A stretch of 63,838 nucleotides of DNA, filler included, from Kipferlia bialata (taxonomy: Eukaryota), in NCBI GenBank assembly GCA_003568945.1. It is 5 parts of 5 records of this genome, joined end to end, with 100 filler letters (N's around TTAATTAATTAA, not from the genome) between each part and the next. Parts side by side here need not be neighbours in the genome. Positions count along the whole stretch, not along the records: positions 26,837 to 49,011 come from BDIP01000058.1; 4 more parts are not named here. One strand, written 5' to 3'. Of the stretch, positions 26,925 through 41,400 are shown piece by piece. The position numbers were made by a program, and so were the translations under genes. Below the pieces are notes generated by a model. It had not been told where the DNA came from and ran no database searches. It was given only the letters and a program-made list of their open reading frames with translations. How positions within the stretch are numbered: the first letter of the stretch is position 1; every line of letters starts with the position of its first letter.

Positions 26925-29900
26925 ACCTGGTTCTGGAGCTTGGAGGCCTTGGACAGCACCTCATCCAGCTCTCCCTGGAGAGAGGTGGCACGCTCCCTGA
27001 GATCAGATAGAGGTGTATATATAGAGATATGATATGGCTATGTATAGGCATCATGACGAGTCGTATGGCACTACCTCATGAGCTGCTTGTCGTGCTGGGT
27101 GTTGGTCAGGCTGTCCTGGAGCACACGCTTGTCACGGGTGGTCTCCTCGACCTGCAGCTGCAGGGCACGCCTGTCAGACTCGGTACGGGCAAGGGCCTCG
27201 TTGAGCTCACCAACTGAGAGTGAGACATGAAAGAGGCATGTGCAGAGGATAACGATACTACTACCATTCGTAGACCCCTACCTGAGCCGTTGAGGTTGTC
27301 GATCTCTCCCCTGAGCTGGGAGACCACAGCATCGTGGCCCCTCCTGAGGCTGTCCTTCTCACCCTCGTACCTGACGGGTCAGTATCAGCCATACAGACAC
27401 ACCATATGTACTCCATACAATATTAATATACACGTAGTGTACACATACAACATGCACCCACCTCTCCCTGAGTGCAGCGGTGTCAGCGGCAGCCTGCCTG
27501 GCCTGGGGTGAGGCGGAGATATAAAACGAATACATCATCCATATGGTTATATCTGACAAGCAGTATATGTCACAACCACTCACGTTCTCGGTGACTGTGG
27601 CATCGTGGGCAGCAGCGGTGGAGCGCCTCTGCTCGGCGTTGCTCTCGTAGGTGTCTGCCAGGGTCCTCTTGAGAGACCCAATCTCGGCCTGGGCGTGCTG
27701 GTTGTCGATGGTGGCCTGGTCGAGGCGAGAGGTCAGAGAGGAGACCTGGGGTGACATGGGAGAAACAGGGGAAGGAGAGATATACCAATGAAGGAAGCTC
27801 AGTGTCCACATACAATACCAATTAACCCACCTTGGCAAGGGATGATGTGACTGCGGCGCTGGACTGGGCCATAAGCTCCTCCCAGGAGTCGGCGGGGGCT
27901 GTCTCCTCGGCTGTGATGCTCTGCAGAGACTCAGTCAGAGACATGAGCTTGTTGTCACGCTGGGCGAGGTCCTCCTCAAGAACGGCAATGCGGGCCTCCT
28001 GACAGGTGAGGCATGGCATCCATGTAGATATATATATACATGCATACCTTGGCGTCGACGTCGTCCTGGGAGTCGGTCAGGGTGTGCTTGGTCTTGGTCA
28101 GAAGGTCAGCGAGGGTGGTGATGCGGGTCTCGGCCATGGACAGGTTGAGCTGAGGGGTCAGACATCACGGGACATACACATACACACCCATCACACCCAC
28201 TGCCACCCCCTACCTTTGTGTCCTCGAGGGTGTCCTCGGTCCTCCTCAGGGTGGACTCCACGTCAGAGATGTGGGCGTCCCTGGCGGCGAGCTGGGCCCT
28301 GGTCTCCTGCAGCACACGCACGGTGTTCATGGCCTCGAGCACAAGCTCCCCAAGGGCAGGGGGCAGGGACCCGAAGGTGGTGCTGTCCTTGGCAACGGCC
28401 AGGGAGGCAGGGGTGCGCACGGCACCGGAGGTCTCGAGCCAGGCGTTGCTGAGGGCGTTGGTGCGGATGCCGACGCTGTCGTCGTTGACACACACGGCAG
28501 AGAGGAGAGCACGCACGGAGGTGATCTCGGCAAGGAGGCCGGAGGAGGCGTCGGTGGCCTCCCTGCTGGCAGTAGCGAGGGTGGTCTCGGTCTCAGCAAG
28601 GCTCTTGCTGGTCCTCTCGAGCTGCCACTGGGTGTCTCCCAGGCGGTTCTCGAGGGCCTTGCTGTCTGCCTTCTCAGAGGCCAGCTGCGACTCAACGGTG
28701 CACAGCTCGTCAATCCTCTCCCTGGCGGTGAGAGATGCCACTATATTGTGTGTAATGGGTGTTGGTGGTATATGGGTACCTGAGAGAGCGCATTGTGGCC
28801 TCCATGGCCTCGTTGGTCTGCTCGGCAGTCACACGCTCACGCCTGCTCCTCTCCAGGTCGGCCTCGGTGTCACCTGGGGGGTGAGAGGAGAGATATACCC
28901 AGTAACAGCTTTGTATGCATTAATCACAGCCACATACCGAGCTGCACCCTGGTCTGGGCGAGGTCCTCGCGCACGGAGTCGAGCTCCCTGGAGACAACCT
29001 CGAGGTAGTCGGACTTCTTCACAAGCTCAGGGACCTATTGGGTGAGGGAGAAAGGAAGGGAGGGCTGGGAGTCTGAGAGAGAGGGGGGGAGCTAGGGATG
29101 AGGGATGTGCCGTACCCTAGCAGCGACCTGTGCGGTCTCTGTGAGCTCTGTCTGGGAGTGGCTGAGCTGCCTCTCGAGCACTGCAATCTCCTCTTCCTTC
29201 TCAGACACAATGTGCTCGGTGGCAGCGGTCCTGGCATCAGAGGAGTGCTACACAACACATGTACATGAACAAACACACACACACACACCCTGTCCCCACC
29301 TGCTGTTGGCCTCCTGGGCCCTAGCCACAGCGGCCTGGTAGTCGAGCTTGGCCTCCTGAAGGTCCTGGGGTCAGATATACACTGTGTCACAGTGATAAAG
29401 GGAGTCATAGTATCAGTATACCTTGCGGACGGATGCCTCGACGGCCCTGGCCTCTGCAATGGCCTCCTGCCTCAGCCTCCTCTCCCTGGCCACATCGTCA
29501 TACGACTCAGACAGCCTGGGGTGAGCAAGGGGAGGCAGAGAGAGAGAGAGAGAGAGAGAGTACGGGCATACCTTGCCCTGAGGTCCTTCTCCTTCTGCTG
29601 GCTGGCCCTGCCCTCCGAGGACAGCTGCGACACAGCCACGCGGGAGGAGTCAACCTCACGCTGGGCAGCATCTATGGTAAGAGAGGGGAACAGAGGTGAT
29701 GTAGTGTGGAGTATGATCATGAGTGCCGCACCTGCCCTAGCGTTGGCCTGGCCAATCCTCTCCCTCAGGGCATCCATGGCACCGTTCTGCTCGGCAATCA
29801 CACGCCTGAGGTCTGTCTCCTGCTGGGCCTGCGGGTCAGATATGCATATACACAGACAGAGAGGGTAGAATATGGACATACAGGATGGTAGGGGGGGGGG

Positions 29901-30950
29901 GGGGTCACCTTGGAGTGCCTCAGCTCGTTGATCTCCCCGTCCCTGACGCGGACATCCATGGACAGCTGCTCAAGGCCCTAGGGGTAAGAACAGAGAGAGA
30001 CGTACTCGAGGTGAGGGCAATACACTGAATTCCTACCTGCTTGGCCCTGATGAGCTCGGAACGCCTCTGCACAACCTCCTCACGCACGCTCTTGAGATCC
30101 TGCACCTCACCTGGGTTCAAGGAGAAGCACCAAACAGATACCAGTCAATGCCATGACAGAGTATGAATGACAATGTAACACACCTCTGAGACCATCAATC
30201 TCACGGTCCTTCCCGTAGATCTCCGACTCGAGGCCCCTGAGGTGCTCGACGTGCTGCTGGGAGGCAAGCATGGACTCCTGGCGTCAGAGGTCAAGCACTT
30301 AACAAATTCAAGAGACCAATCCAAGTTCAACGCCACACCATCACTACCACGTGCAACAACCCTCACCTTGTTGATGAGCTCCTCCCTCATCTCCATGTGG
30401 TCCAGATCCACAGCCTGGGGGTTGACAGTCCGGGCCTCAGTCATGCGAGAGGCAGACAGGTTGGCAGAGGTGGCCCCAAGCTGGGAGCGAGAGAGGCTGG
30501 CACCAACGCCAGAGCCGCCATACTTGGACACCATGGACTCGTTCTGGTCCAGAGCGCGGCGAACGCGGGTGTTGAGGGGAGCTGAGGATGAGTCAATCAA
30601 GACCGAGGAATTGACACTATATCCAAAAGGAACAACTATACGAGGAATTAGAGGAAGATTTCCCATCATACTGTATTCATATAACACAAATACGCCCTCG
30701 AACCAGCACTAATGGACAGCTACAGCCAGATAACAAGAGAAGAAAACTGGAGAATTGGACACAACTCACAGAAACACCATCAAACACCACTAAAGTTTCA
30801 TATATGCTTCTGTATATCCCATATAACGTCGCATAGGCAAAATATTCACTCACAGTGCATTACTCCTTGCTTAAGGAGGCTATATGTAACTGAATTGGCT
30901 TCCATTGAGATAAACCCTCCTAGAATACTCGGAGTCAAAAACTTGTCCAT
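26925..30950 (-). CDS. Long coiled-coil protein, N-terminal portion, 3' truncated at the poly-G/linker
   Basis: GC-rich exons with heptad Ala/Glu/Leu/Gln character, e.g. ASLTARERIDELCTVESQLASEKADSKALENRLGDTQWQLE and EARIAVLEEDLAQRDNKLMSL. Introns are short and echo-free. The start is uncertain (candidate ATG about 30950). Confidence 0.7.
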
Positions 30951-31063
30951 CTCGAAGTTCCCATCCTTCTCTTCTCGTCACACTGTGCACTACCCTATCT
31001 GGCGTTCTCCTTCTACCCCCGAAACCTTCCATTGGAGTCATTCCTCTGTAGCAGAAAGTGAAT
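30951..31063. promoter_or_regulatory. Putative compact bidirectional promoter
   Basis: Head-to-head arrangement of the coiled-coil gene (-) and the Sds3-like gene (+); the interval is free of microsatellites. Confidence 0.4.
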
Positions 31064-31832
31064 ATGTCAAACCAGCCGGCTCAGGAGGACACTGAGGCCG
31101 AGCAGGAGCGAATCAAGAAGGACCTCGCTGAGTATGTAGCTGTGGGTCAGCTGTACTTTGACCAGGCCGGAGAGCACCTTCAGAAGGAGATTCAGCAGAT
31201 TGAGGAGCGCAACCACCCCAAGATGGCCACGCTGGAGGCTGGTGCTGCCATGGAGAGAGACAGGCGGCTGGCTGTGGCCCAGCTGGAGTACGACTACAAC
31301 GTGCAGCTAGCCAGGAACAGGCTGGAGGTGGCCTCGGAGACCATCAAGGTGGGTGGACGCTTGGCAGGGGGGAGTTTGGCACTGTGTGGGTTGGATAATT
31401 ACTGTGTATTTGTAGTCTATCTGTTCATCTGTGTTTCATGTCCCTTCCTAATTTGAATACCCACTTGTGTTCTCCTTTGAATGTGGTGTTGATGGTCCTT
31501 GGCAAGTAGAATGGTGCAATTCCCATTTATATATGTGATATGTTGGGGATGCCTGAGTGTTACGTTTGTTGTTCATATCATACCACGGTTTCCTCACCCC
31601 AGGCTGATTACGATGTCAGCATCCGCAACATCTCCGATGACCTTATCCTTCATGTGAAGCAGCAGCACCGTAACCTGGAGAGTGAGTGTACAAGGTGGGT
31701 GGTGACAGATTGGTTGGTCAAGGACACTTACTATACAGGGACACTTTCTACTTGAAAGAGGCGGTAGCATAATGATTCCATGTTCAGTTTAGATGCATGA
31801 CAACAAGCCACCTGTTAGAAGTTGCCGTCACT

Positions 31833-31879
<47 letters not shown>

Positions 31880-31891
31880 ACACCCCCACCC

Positions 31892-31934
<43 letters not shown>

Positions 31935-32419
31935 ATGGTTCGTCAGTAGTCAAGGATGTGTTTCTCAGTGCCCATCTGTATTCTACACATGTCCCTCTCT
32001 CTATCTCATCCCCAGGGTCATGACATCAAGCACATCAGACGGGTGATGTATTGATTCCAGTATGTATAAACACATTATATATAGGCTATTACTACACTCT
32101 AACCCCCAGGGCCCACGACATCAAGCACATCAGACGCGTTGTCAAGACAGCCAAGCAGCTGTGCAGGAAGGAGGGGGGGAACATGGAAGGTGGGTATAGT
32201 ATTTATATGTCTGGTAGGAATAGAGTAATGTCTCTTCCACTCCCCCAATTGTTTCACCCCCTTTTCTGTGTCACTCTTGTCTGTCGGTGGACTCAAGTCT
32301 TGCCCCCAAGCGTAAGCACGAATGATGATAAGAGTGATATATGTGGGTCTGACCCCCAGTCATTGTCCCCGCTGCCTGGCTCCATGACTGTTACATCACT
32401 AGGTACAAGACATATATAT

Positions 32420-32454
<35 letters not shown>

Positions 32455-34600
32455 CAAATACATATATATTTATACGAACACATAGAGACACATAGAGAGA
32501 GAGAGTGCTGCTACAACACTAGGCACATGAGATGTATAGAGCTCTTGTATTTGTCTATAAATGTTACATCACTAGTCACTTGGTTTGTCTATTATGCAGG
32601 ATGTCTTAGGTATCAATGTATCTCATTTTCTCTCTCACATCAGGAAGGACTCCCCCCTCCGTTCCAAGGCATCGGTCCTGGCAGGTGATACATAAATACT
32701 ATATATATATATATGTGTGTGTGTGTGAGTGATTTATACTATTATTATTGATGAGTGTATGAGTTCAATCGCATACAAAATTTGTATCTGAATAGACAAG
32801 TGTGTAAGAGAATATATAATGTTTGCTTGTCTGACCCCCAGGTGACAGGGCCGTGGAGTACCTTAGATCCATAGCATACCCTGAGGAGCACCTAGATATG
32901 ACACATACCTACATATATATATACTATATATATACATTCAACATATATGTCCCCATCACTCCAGACAACATCCACCACTGCATCGCAGCCCACTCCTTCA
33001 GTGCCCAGATAGAGACAGAGACTTTGGAGGTACATATCTATATACATACAAGTGTATACATGTATCACTATATGCATGTATATGTTCATCCACTCCTTCA
33101 GTGCCCAGATAGAGACAGATACACTGGAGGTATGAGATGCAGTACTAAATGAAGTATATGTATGGGTGTGTGTTTGTATACAAGCTCCTCCATCCTTACC
33201 CCAGGCCAAGGTTGTACAGGATGCAGACAGACTCGACAGCTTAGGTATGGGCATGTATATATATTTATCTATATATCTATAACTGAATGTACATGTTTCT
33301 ATATATGTATGTGAATGATGCAGACAGACTCGACAGCCTAGGTATACATCACACATGTATATATGTATGTGATGGGCACATGTATATATGCATATGTATT
33401 AGCACCTATACGTACATACTGTCATTCTTGACAAGTCTCCTTACAGTAGGCGCCATTGGCATCACGCGTCCCACTCTGTGTGCTGCCTATATGAAATATA
33501 TACATATTTATATATGTATATGTATATACCTTATACCAGGTGCCATTGGCATCATGCGTGCCACCCTGTGTGCTGCCTCCATGCCAGGGGTATCAATGTA
33601 CAGTGACACAGACACATTCTGCAAGGGTGAGGGCTATTCAATTTTAGTACTACTCTGTTTCTTTCTCATATGTATACTGGTAGAGAGGATTGCATTCATA
33701 GCATTATGTACAGTGACACAGGCACATTCTGCAAGGGTGGGTCATATATATAGTTATATAGTATTACCGTATTTACTTATGGTATATATATACTGTAGTA
33801 GTAGTGTACAGTGACACAGACACATTCTGCAAGGGTGGGGGCTATTCAATTTTAGTACTACTCTGTTTTCTGTGCGGAGTATTCAGCGGAGTTGCAGCAC
33901 TATATATATACTATATATGTACTATACATCTATACTGTAGGACTAGGATGGTAGTTCTCAGTATCAGTATCAGTATAGATATAGTTTATATAGTATGGTA
34001 TAGATACTGATTCTGATACTGATACTGATACTGTAGGGCCAGGATGGTAGTCTTCTCTCCCTCTCTCTCTTTCTTTTGCTGTGTGTCTAATCCCCAGAGC
34101 GTACCCCCAATGACCGTCTGTACTCCATCGATCACTACTGGTGCAAGCTGCTCAAGTATGTCATAAATATATATATATATATGTATATATATATATGTAT
34201 GCATGTATGGTATGTGTATATATACTTGTAAGCCATCGATCACTACTGGTGCAAGCTGCTCAAGTGAGTGGTCTTATATATATATGTATATTGTATAATA
34301 GGTCCTCTTTAGGAACCTAGCAGTATATCCCTTTGAACCCATCGATCACTACTGGTGCAAGCTGCTCAAGTAAGTGGTCTGGCATATGATAATACATGTT
34401 GGCATATATACATAGTAGATCATCTACCAGCGTCGGTCATGGGAGAGTCGTAGTATTGACCGAGCATTTGCGTCCATAGACTTTCCTCTTAATAGTTTCA
34501 TAAGTATACATATATATGTATGAATCTATATATCATATTATTTGATACTAACCACAGGCTCTCCTCCACCATGAAGACTGTGAGTGTCCATTTGTATATG

Positions 34601-34633
<33 letters not shown>

Positions 34634-35204
34634 ATGTGTGTATCATAATATCTGATCCTTATCTTAGGCTGTCTTCCACCATGAAGACTGTGAGTGGCAC
34701 CGAGGAGGCAGAGAGACGGACAGAGTACATGCAGGTATATTATTCATATATATATATAGAGAGAGAGTGGGAGCGAATGGGAGAGAGGCAGGCAGAGAGA
34801 CGGACAGAGTACATGCAGGTATGATAGATATATAGATATATATAGAGAGGGAGAGGGAAAGGGAGAGAGACGGACACAGTACATACAGGTGCCATTGGCA
34901 TAAACATTGAATATATGCGGTAGTGAAAGTGACACAGTACATGCAGGTCAGGCAGAATTCTATATTTATGTATTATTAGGAAGTAAGAGGGAGGGATGGA
35001 CAGAGTACATGCAGTGGAGATACACATATGCACTTCTCCCTGCACATATCCACACAGTATCCACACAGTCCTGGTATTAATACCATTATCAATCTTTGTA
35101 TTTAGGTTTCCTATGGTCAGATATACCTAGATGTGTGTATGTGTGAGACCTAACCCCAGGGCTACCTTGACCAGCTTCAGACAGAGATTGGCAGTGGAGC
35201 ATAA
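31064..35204 (+). CDS. Sds3/BRMS1-like protein (Sin3-HDAC complex subunit family)
   Basis: Exons 1-2 read MSNQ...LYFDQAGEHLQKEIQQIEERNHPKMATLEAGAAMERDRRLAVAQLEYDYNVQLARNRLEVASETIK|ADYDVSIRNISDDLILHV, which fits the Sds3 pattern LY..rL..L..EL..l....HP....l....R..A...Y. The last exon, GYLDQLQTEIGSGA*, is 35160-35204. Confidence 0.6.
33320..35015 (+). repeat. Exon-echo arrays in introns of the Sds3-like gene
   Basis: TGTACAGTGACACAG-CACATTCTGCAAGG x3, CCATCGATCACTACTGGTGCAAGCTGCTCAAGT x4 and GACAGAGTACATGCAG-like x5. Confidence 0.88.
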
Positions 35205-35499
35205 GTGAACAATATGGAAAGACACTAGTGCAACAACATCTATTCCGGGGGTGTGATTGTATTATTGTTCAGCTTCACTTGGCGCCAAACCAACTCGTGA
35301 TTGCCACGAATATGTTGCGTGTCTTGCGTGGAGGCGTGTCAGGCTGGTGTGTGACCTTGTGTTAGTTGTTGGTTGGGTCGTTGAAATATGTAATTCTAAT
35401 TGTAGTGGACTAGATTACTCTGAGAATACTAGTATGTATGAATAGAGACTTTGCCTTATGAATTGTGTTAGTCATCTGCTTACAAAGTTGTGACGTTTT

Positions 35500-38400
35500 A
35501 CAGTGTATACCCCCCTTCCTTCACTGCAGTCCGATTCTCTTGAGTACGGCCCGTAGGCCACGATATAAACTAAGTATATGGTATAGATAGGCCATGTATA
35601 ATCTCTCTCCATAATACCTTGAAGAAGGTGTCCAGCCTCCTTCCCATACTATTATAGTATTTAGTAATAGTGATGCAATGTGTATGCAATCTTCAGTATT
35701 ATACTATTATACTATCATACTGAATCAGTATACCTTGAAGAAGCTGTCCAGCGTCCTTCCCATGTACTTCGTTCAATTCTATAATAGACCCTTGTCTGTC
35801 TGCAAGTGTACTCTGCTATATTCAAACATATTTCGCTGAGAAACTATTATGAATAGAGACTGTGCTTCGTATAATTGCATGTCATCTTCTTGCAAAGTAA
35901 CATATATTGTACCTTCTTACAATATTTACCCATACTATGTAAATAGTGAATGGAGAGAGTATGTATAATCTATCGCCATCATACCTTGAAGAAGCTGTCC
36001 ACTGGACAGTGTCCAGCCACTTTAGCTGCAGCAATAACACACATATATATATACTAATTATATAGTATATAGAGAGAGCATGTATACACACTCTTCATAC
36101 CTTGAAGAAGCTGTCCAGCCTCCGTCCCATGTACCAGAGCTCACTGAGGACCATTGACTGTACATTGGCACAGGTCCTGGGCCTAGCTATGGTGTGGCCC
36201 TCAGCAGTCTGGGTGGTACTGGTGTAAGGTATCAGTAGATATATCAATAATAGGAAGGCATCGAGAGGTTGAAGTATATATTGTTAATAATATATATATA
36301 TAAGGACGTTTGATACGGTGTGGCCATCAGCAGTCTTGGTGGTACTGATGTAAGGTATGGAATTATTCAATAGTATGGTGGTGTAACTGGTGTAAGAGAT
36401 ATAGACACAACTACAATATTACAGAGTTTCATAAGACTCGAAGCTACGAGAAAACTGGGATGTTTGATCTGTACTAATGTGGTATTAGAATTGACAATTA
36501 GCTAATAGACTGTTTTATAGATATTACCTGTACAAGTCCGTCAGGCTGAGCTGGGTCCCATCACCGCTAACTCCATGCCTCTGGTGGTAGACGTGACGCC
36601 CCATGGACCCCATGCTCCTGGAGGTCTGTACAAGCGGAACTACACATTGCAGGGTGGACAGATTGGCCTCTGTTGGTGAGAAAATACTTCAATTAATATC
36701 CTGAGTATAAGTTCAATAATTCCCTCTTAATATGTACTGGGAGAATCAGAAAAGAGTGAGTGCGTACCATTCCCCGACCACAGTGTGAGCAGTCTCCAGA
36801 TAAATATCCTATATATATGTATTACATTCACACTATACTAAAATATGATACAAACTTAGTTATATATCTTATATATTGGCTACGTACCGTTCCCCGACCA
36901 CAGTGTGACCAATCGCCAGAAGGCCAGCAGTGCAACCATGTAGTCACCCTTGTGGGAGTGGAAGGAAGACACCTGGTGTTAGTATACATAGTAAGGGGGC
37001 ACTTATGATATATACATACATATTTAAGAGAAGAATACAGTGATACTGAAAATTATGAAGACTCATCTTCTGTACAAGTGCCTTCACTGTGTCCCAGCAA
37101 AGTGTGTAGAAACAAGACAATGAAGTTTCCAAGTATTCTCAACCTTGTCTACTATTAGTACTATACACCAACCTTCCCTACAAGTGCCTTCACAGTGTCT
37201 GGTGTACATGTCTGAGTTGCGGTGGACTCGGAGGGGGACTCTTAGGGTAAATGGGTGGGGTGAGACTTCTGAATATTCTCACAGACTACAAACCCAACTT
37301 AGGATGTGATTACGACTGTACGACTCCTACGTTCGATGACTGACATGTTGAACAGTAACAGGGAATAGATACGAACTATGGAGTAAGCATAAATTACTTA
37401 GTATACGTTCCAATATCATAGACCTGAGAGACCCCTACCTTCGATGACAGTCATGTTGAATAGCACGGTGGCAGCATGGCCAACAGATAGGGGGTCTAGC
37501 GACTTGAGGAGCAGTACCTGGATGTGAGACACTCAGAGATATATTTGGAAAGCCCAATCCAGAGTTGCTTCTCAATAGCAGACAGCTCGCACTCTCTTCC
37601 GCCATACTTGAAATTCATGTCTTGAATATGAGAGAGAAGAATGAAGGTTACAGTGTAACCATAGGTTACACCCACCTCTGTCACTGCTGCGTGTATATCC
37701 TTGTGGTACTTGGGTGGGAGTGCTAGGCCTGAGAGTCAGATGTACAGTTCTATCTTGCGTAGCAAGTATCTCTACATATATTACTGATAGGATCACTATA
37801 ACAAGTCTGTCTGCCGCATTGTCTGTATGCACAATATACAATGAACAATATAGACATTGCGAACTGATACATTGTCTCTACCTTCCTCCTTCACAATATG
37901 TGTGCACGTGTCTAGCAGGGTCTGGACCATGAGTCTGCGTGTTGTTGAGTGCCAGGTGGTACACTTCTGCACAGCGCGTGTGAGGGACCTAACAAGAGGC
38001 ATCAGGAGAGACTGGGTCATGGGAGGTACTGACGTGAGTGTGGGTTAACTACATATACTAGCACAACTATCCATAGCAGATGAGTACTGGTGTAGGGCTG
38101 GGATACTGCAATTTGAAGTACTCAATATGTGCACCTCTTTGAGCCAGAATCCTCAGCACATAAGTGCCCTCTGCCACGGCCTGATGGGTAAGTACTACTT
38201 TACTGAAATATCTTACCGTACCTTGAAAGTATAGGGATATAATCTGGTGTTGTAAATTGGAATACGCGTATAGTACTGTATCGCATGGTGTACATACTAC
38301 GTACCTGCATGTCTGCTTACGATTATAATACTACTAAATAGTAGTCCCAAACAAATACTGGTGTAATACATATGAATCTATGCGTGTCTAATAGTACATT

Positions 38401-41400
38401 GTGGTAAGTACTGTATATGTATACCGTGATATACTTTACTGTATATATATACCTGCATGTCTGCTGTCTCTCTGTTAGAGACTCTAACTGAACAGGTCAG
38501 CAGTGCCGCAAGTGGATGGGTGAGACTGGGCAGGGAGTGGGGCCCGCTAACCAGGGATGTACAGCCCTCCTCTGTCAGTACACCTGGGCATGAGACTCTA
38601 ACTTAGAGTCCCTAAGGCACCAGTAAATCAGATGTAGCAGATTAACTGGCTGTTTTAACAGTCGCCGCCACAGACTCTAATATATACCATCAGCTGCAAC
38701 GTACACTCCTGCTGGAGTATGACGCCTCAACAAGTACCAGTCACTACAGAGTTATGAGTCATAACTCATGTTGTTATAGTATACCAATTACTGTTGTACA
38801 TACCTCTGGTAAGTGCCATTCTGAGGCACCGCATTGTCCTGGGTCTAGCCTCATCCGGGTCCAGTAGGCCAGAGATGCTGACCGGACTGTGGGGCAGTAT
38901 CCTGTCAGTCAGAGCCATTGTACTATCCTCTACTGGGGAGATGATTATAGTTTCAATATCCTACAATAGAATCAGTATCCTGTCGCAGATAATTAAGAGA
39001 CCAGTCATTAGTATCAGTTCCAGAGCATAGTATGCTCTGGAATGCTCAGCATACTGAGTATACTTTTTCACCTGTGTAGCAGGGGTAGGAACCCAGGACG
39101 GAGGGTGCCGTTGTGGATGGATGTCTCTGACTGTGAGTGAAGGTTTTTGACGCTTGCAATCGCTACTATACAGTGATGTTTTGGACAGTATACGTATGCA
39201 GTTCTGGCACTCAAGAGACCACTATAGCTTTAGTACAACCAGAGCGACTCACCACTGTCTAGCAGCATCCTAGTGAACCGGGACACTAGAGGCTCTCTCT
39301 GGCGTCAATAACTATTTTGTGAAGTATGTGCCTGAAACATGTATATAGGGTTAAACGTAATATAGGCATGTCACCTTGGGCGTCTTCTCCACTATCGCCA
39401 GGAGGGTTTGGAGGATACCAGCATCAAACAGCAGGTTACAGGAGTCTCCTGGGAGTAAAGGGTACAGCAGACACAATTCTATCCAGATACTGACAAAGAG
39501 TGTAGTATTTGCATCCAGAATCGCCTTACCATGCATAGTGAGTGGCGCAAGGGCCAGATAGGCACTCTCGGGACACAGTTCTCCATACTGAGTCACCAAC
39601 TTGAGAAGTGACTCCAGATTGGGAATGTTGAATGCTTGGCCTGATGTAAGAGCACTGTAAGGTTGTAGTACTCATGACAGATATCCAACGACTCAACTGT
39701 CCCTTACCTCTGGAACAGTCCAGGTCATAGGTAGGGAGGGACGCTGAAGGTTAGAAGAGGGAGAGGTAGACAGGGTAGAATATACAATAGAGACATATAG
39801 TGAGTGATATGTCAAGTCCCACCTTGGACCACACAGGACAGGAGCTCGAAGGCGGACTCGATGACATGTCCCAGTGCCAGTCTCTCTGGCAGGTTGGCAA
39901 CAGCCTTGGCAGTTGCTGTCTTCTTTGGAGGCCTGGTTGTTGTTCTTCCGGTCACCCTGGAGCAGACTAGTTGATACCTAAGGCTTAGACTAAGGTCCAC
40001 TCTCTCTCTAGCCCTAAAGAGTGCATTGAGGACCTTGTCTCTGTCGTGAGAGGCCTTCTTGGCTGTTGTCTTCCGCCACTCCCTAACCCTCTCCACTGCA
40101 TCGACTAGCGGATCGACACTCCCTTGTGTTGACTCTACCTCCCCGTGCCCCTCCCTGGCAGTCACTGCATGGACCCTGACAGGTGCTGCTGATGCCAGTG
40201 CTGGTCCATCTGCCTCACTCTCTACATCATCCATCTCTCCCTCCTCACTCTCTCCCTCCTCAATATCTACATCCTCACTCTCTCCATCATCCATCTCTCC
40301 CTCCTCACTACCTCCCTCCTCAATATCTACATCCTCAACATCTAGTAGATAATCTACATCCTCCATTTCTCCCTCCTCACTCTCTCCCTCCTCAGTATCC
40401 ACCTCATCCATCTCTCCCTCCTCTCTATCCACCTCCTCACTCTGCACCTCCTCACTCTCTCCGTCCTTGTTCCCATCCATCCCAATCTTCCTCTTCCCCT
40501 CTGGTCCTACGAGGAATTGAGTTGGCAATCTCTTGCCAACCTCCCCCCGAGTCTCTACCATGGGCTGTGGGATGGATACTGAGCAATTCTGGAGATAAGG
40601 TTTCACTCAAATTATATGTTATAGAATGGGGTATTGTATGTATGTATATTACTGAGCGTTAGTACCTGGAGTGCTAGGAATTTTGCCTTTAGTATGTCCT
40701 CCCTGTCCACCTTTGAGGGTGCCAGATGCCCCTTCACCACTGCACCAACACCAGGAGACACAGTGGCTACTGTCACTGTGGTGTCTCTCTCTGTCCGTCT
40801 TCTCTCTACTGTAGCCACAGAGGTCACCACACGTGATGTGGCCGTCCCTGTTCCCACTACAGGCGTTGCTCCTGCGACGGCTGACAATGGCGCTGATCCT
40901 GACTCCTTGTGTGTGTGAGTGTGCATAGAGACAGGTGCGTCTGCCTCCATGTCCATGCCAGCCATTGGACTCATGCACTTCAGGTGGATAGTCTCCAGGG
41001 TGACAGCCTTGAGAATACCACCCAGACAGGATGGTAGCCCTTGGGTCAGCATCGCTACCACCCACCATGACCTACTATATAAATTATGGAGATACACTGT
41101 GTTAATGTGTATGTAGTGTATACCTTCATCCAGCAAGTGTCTTCCACAGTGGACTCCCCTGCCACTGTCTGTAGTGGTAATGACAGTGACATCCCCTGGT
41201 GTGTGAGTATATATAGACTACATATAGTATATAGTAAACATAGTATTAGTGCGATTCGCTGTCAAATCCCCTAGAGTGTGAGTATATATATACTATTTGC
41301 CACAACATCATTACAATATGGATATCATTTACAGTGTGTAGCACACTCACCATTACTGACAGTGCCCTGTCCATTAACTAGCACCAGTGCATCATGCTCC

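Noticed and set aside
28218..29045. 275-aa plus-strand ORF and other overlapping ORFs
   Set aside because: Antisense shadow of GC-rich coiled-coil exons; splice signals support only the minus strand.
31793..32046. Poly-proline (formin/extensin-like) ORFs; also 51167-51412 in part
   Set aside because: Translations of intronic poly-C tracts.
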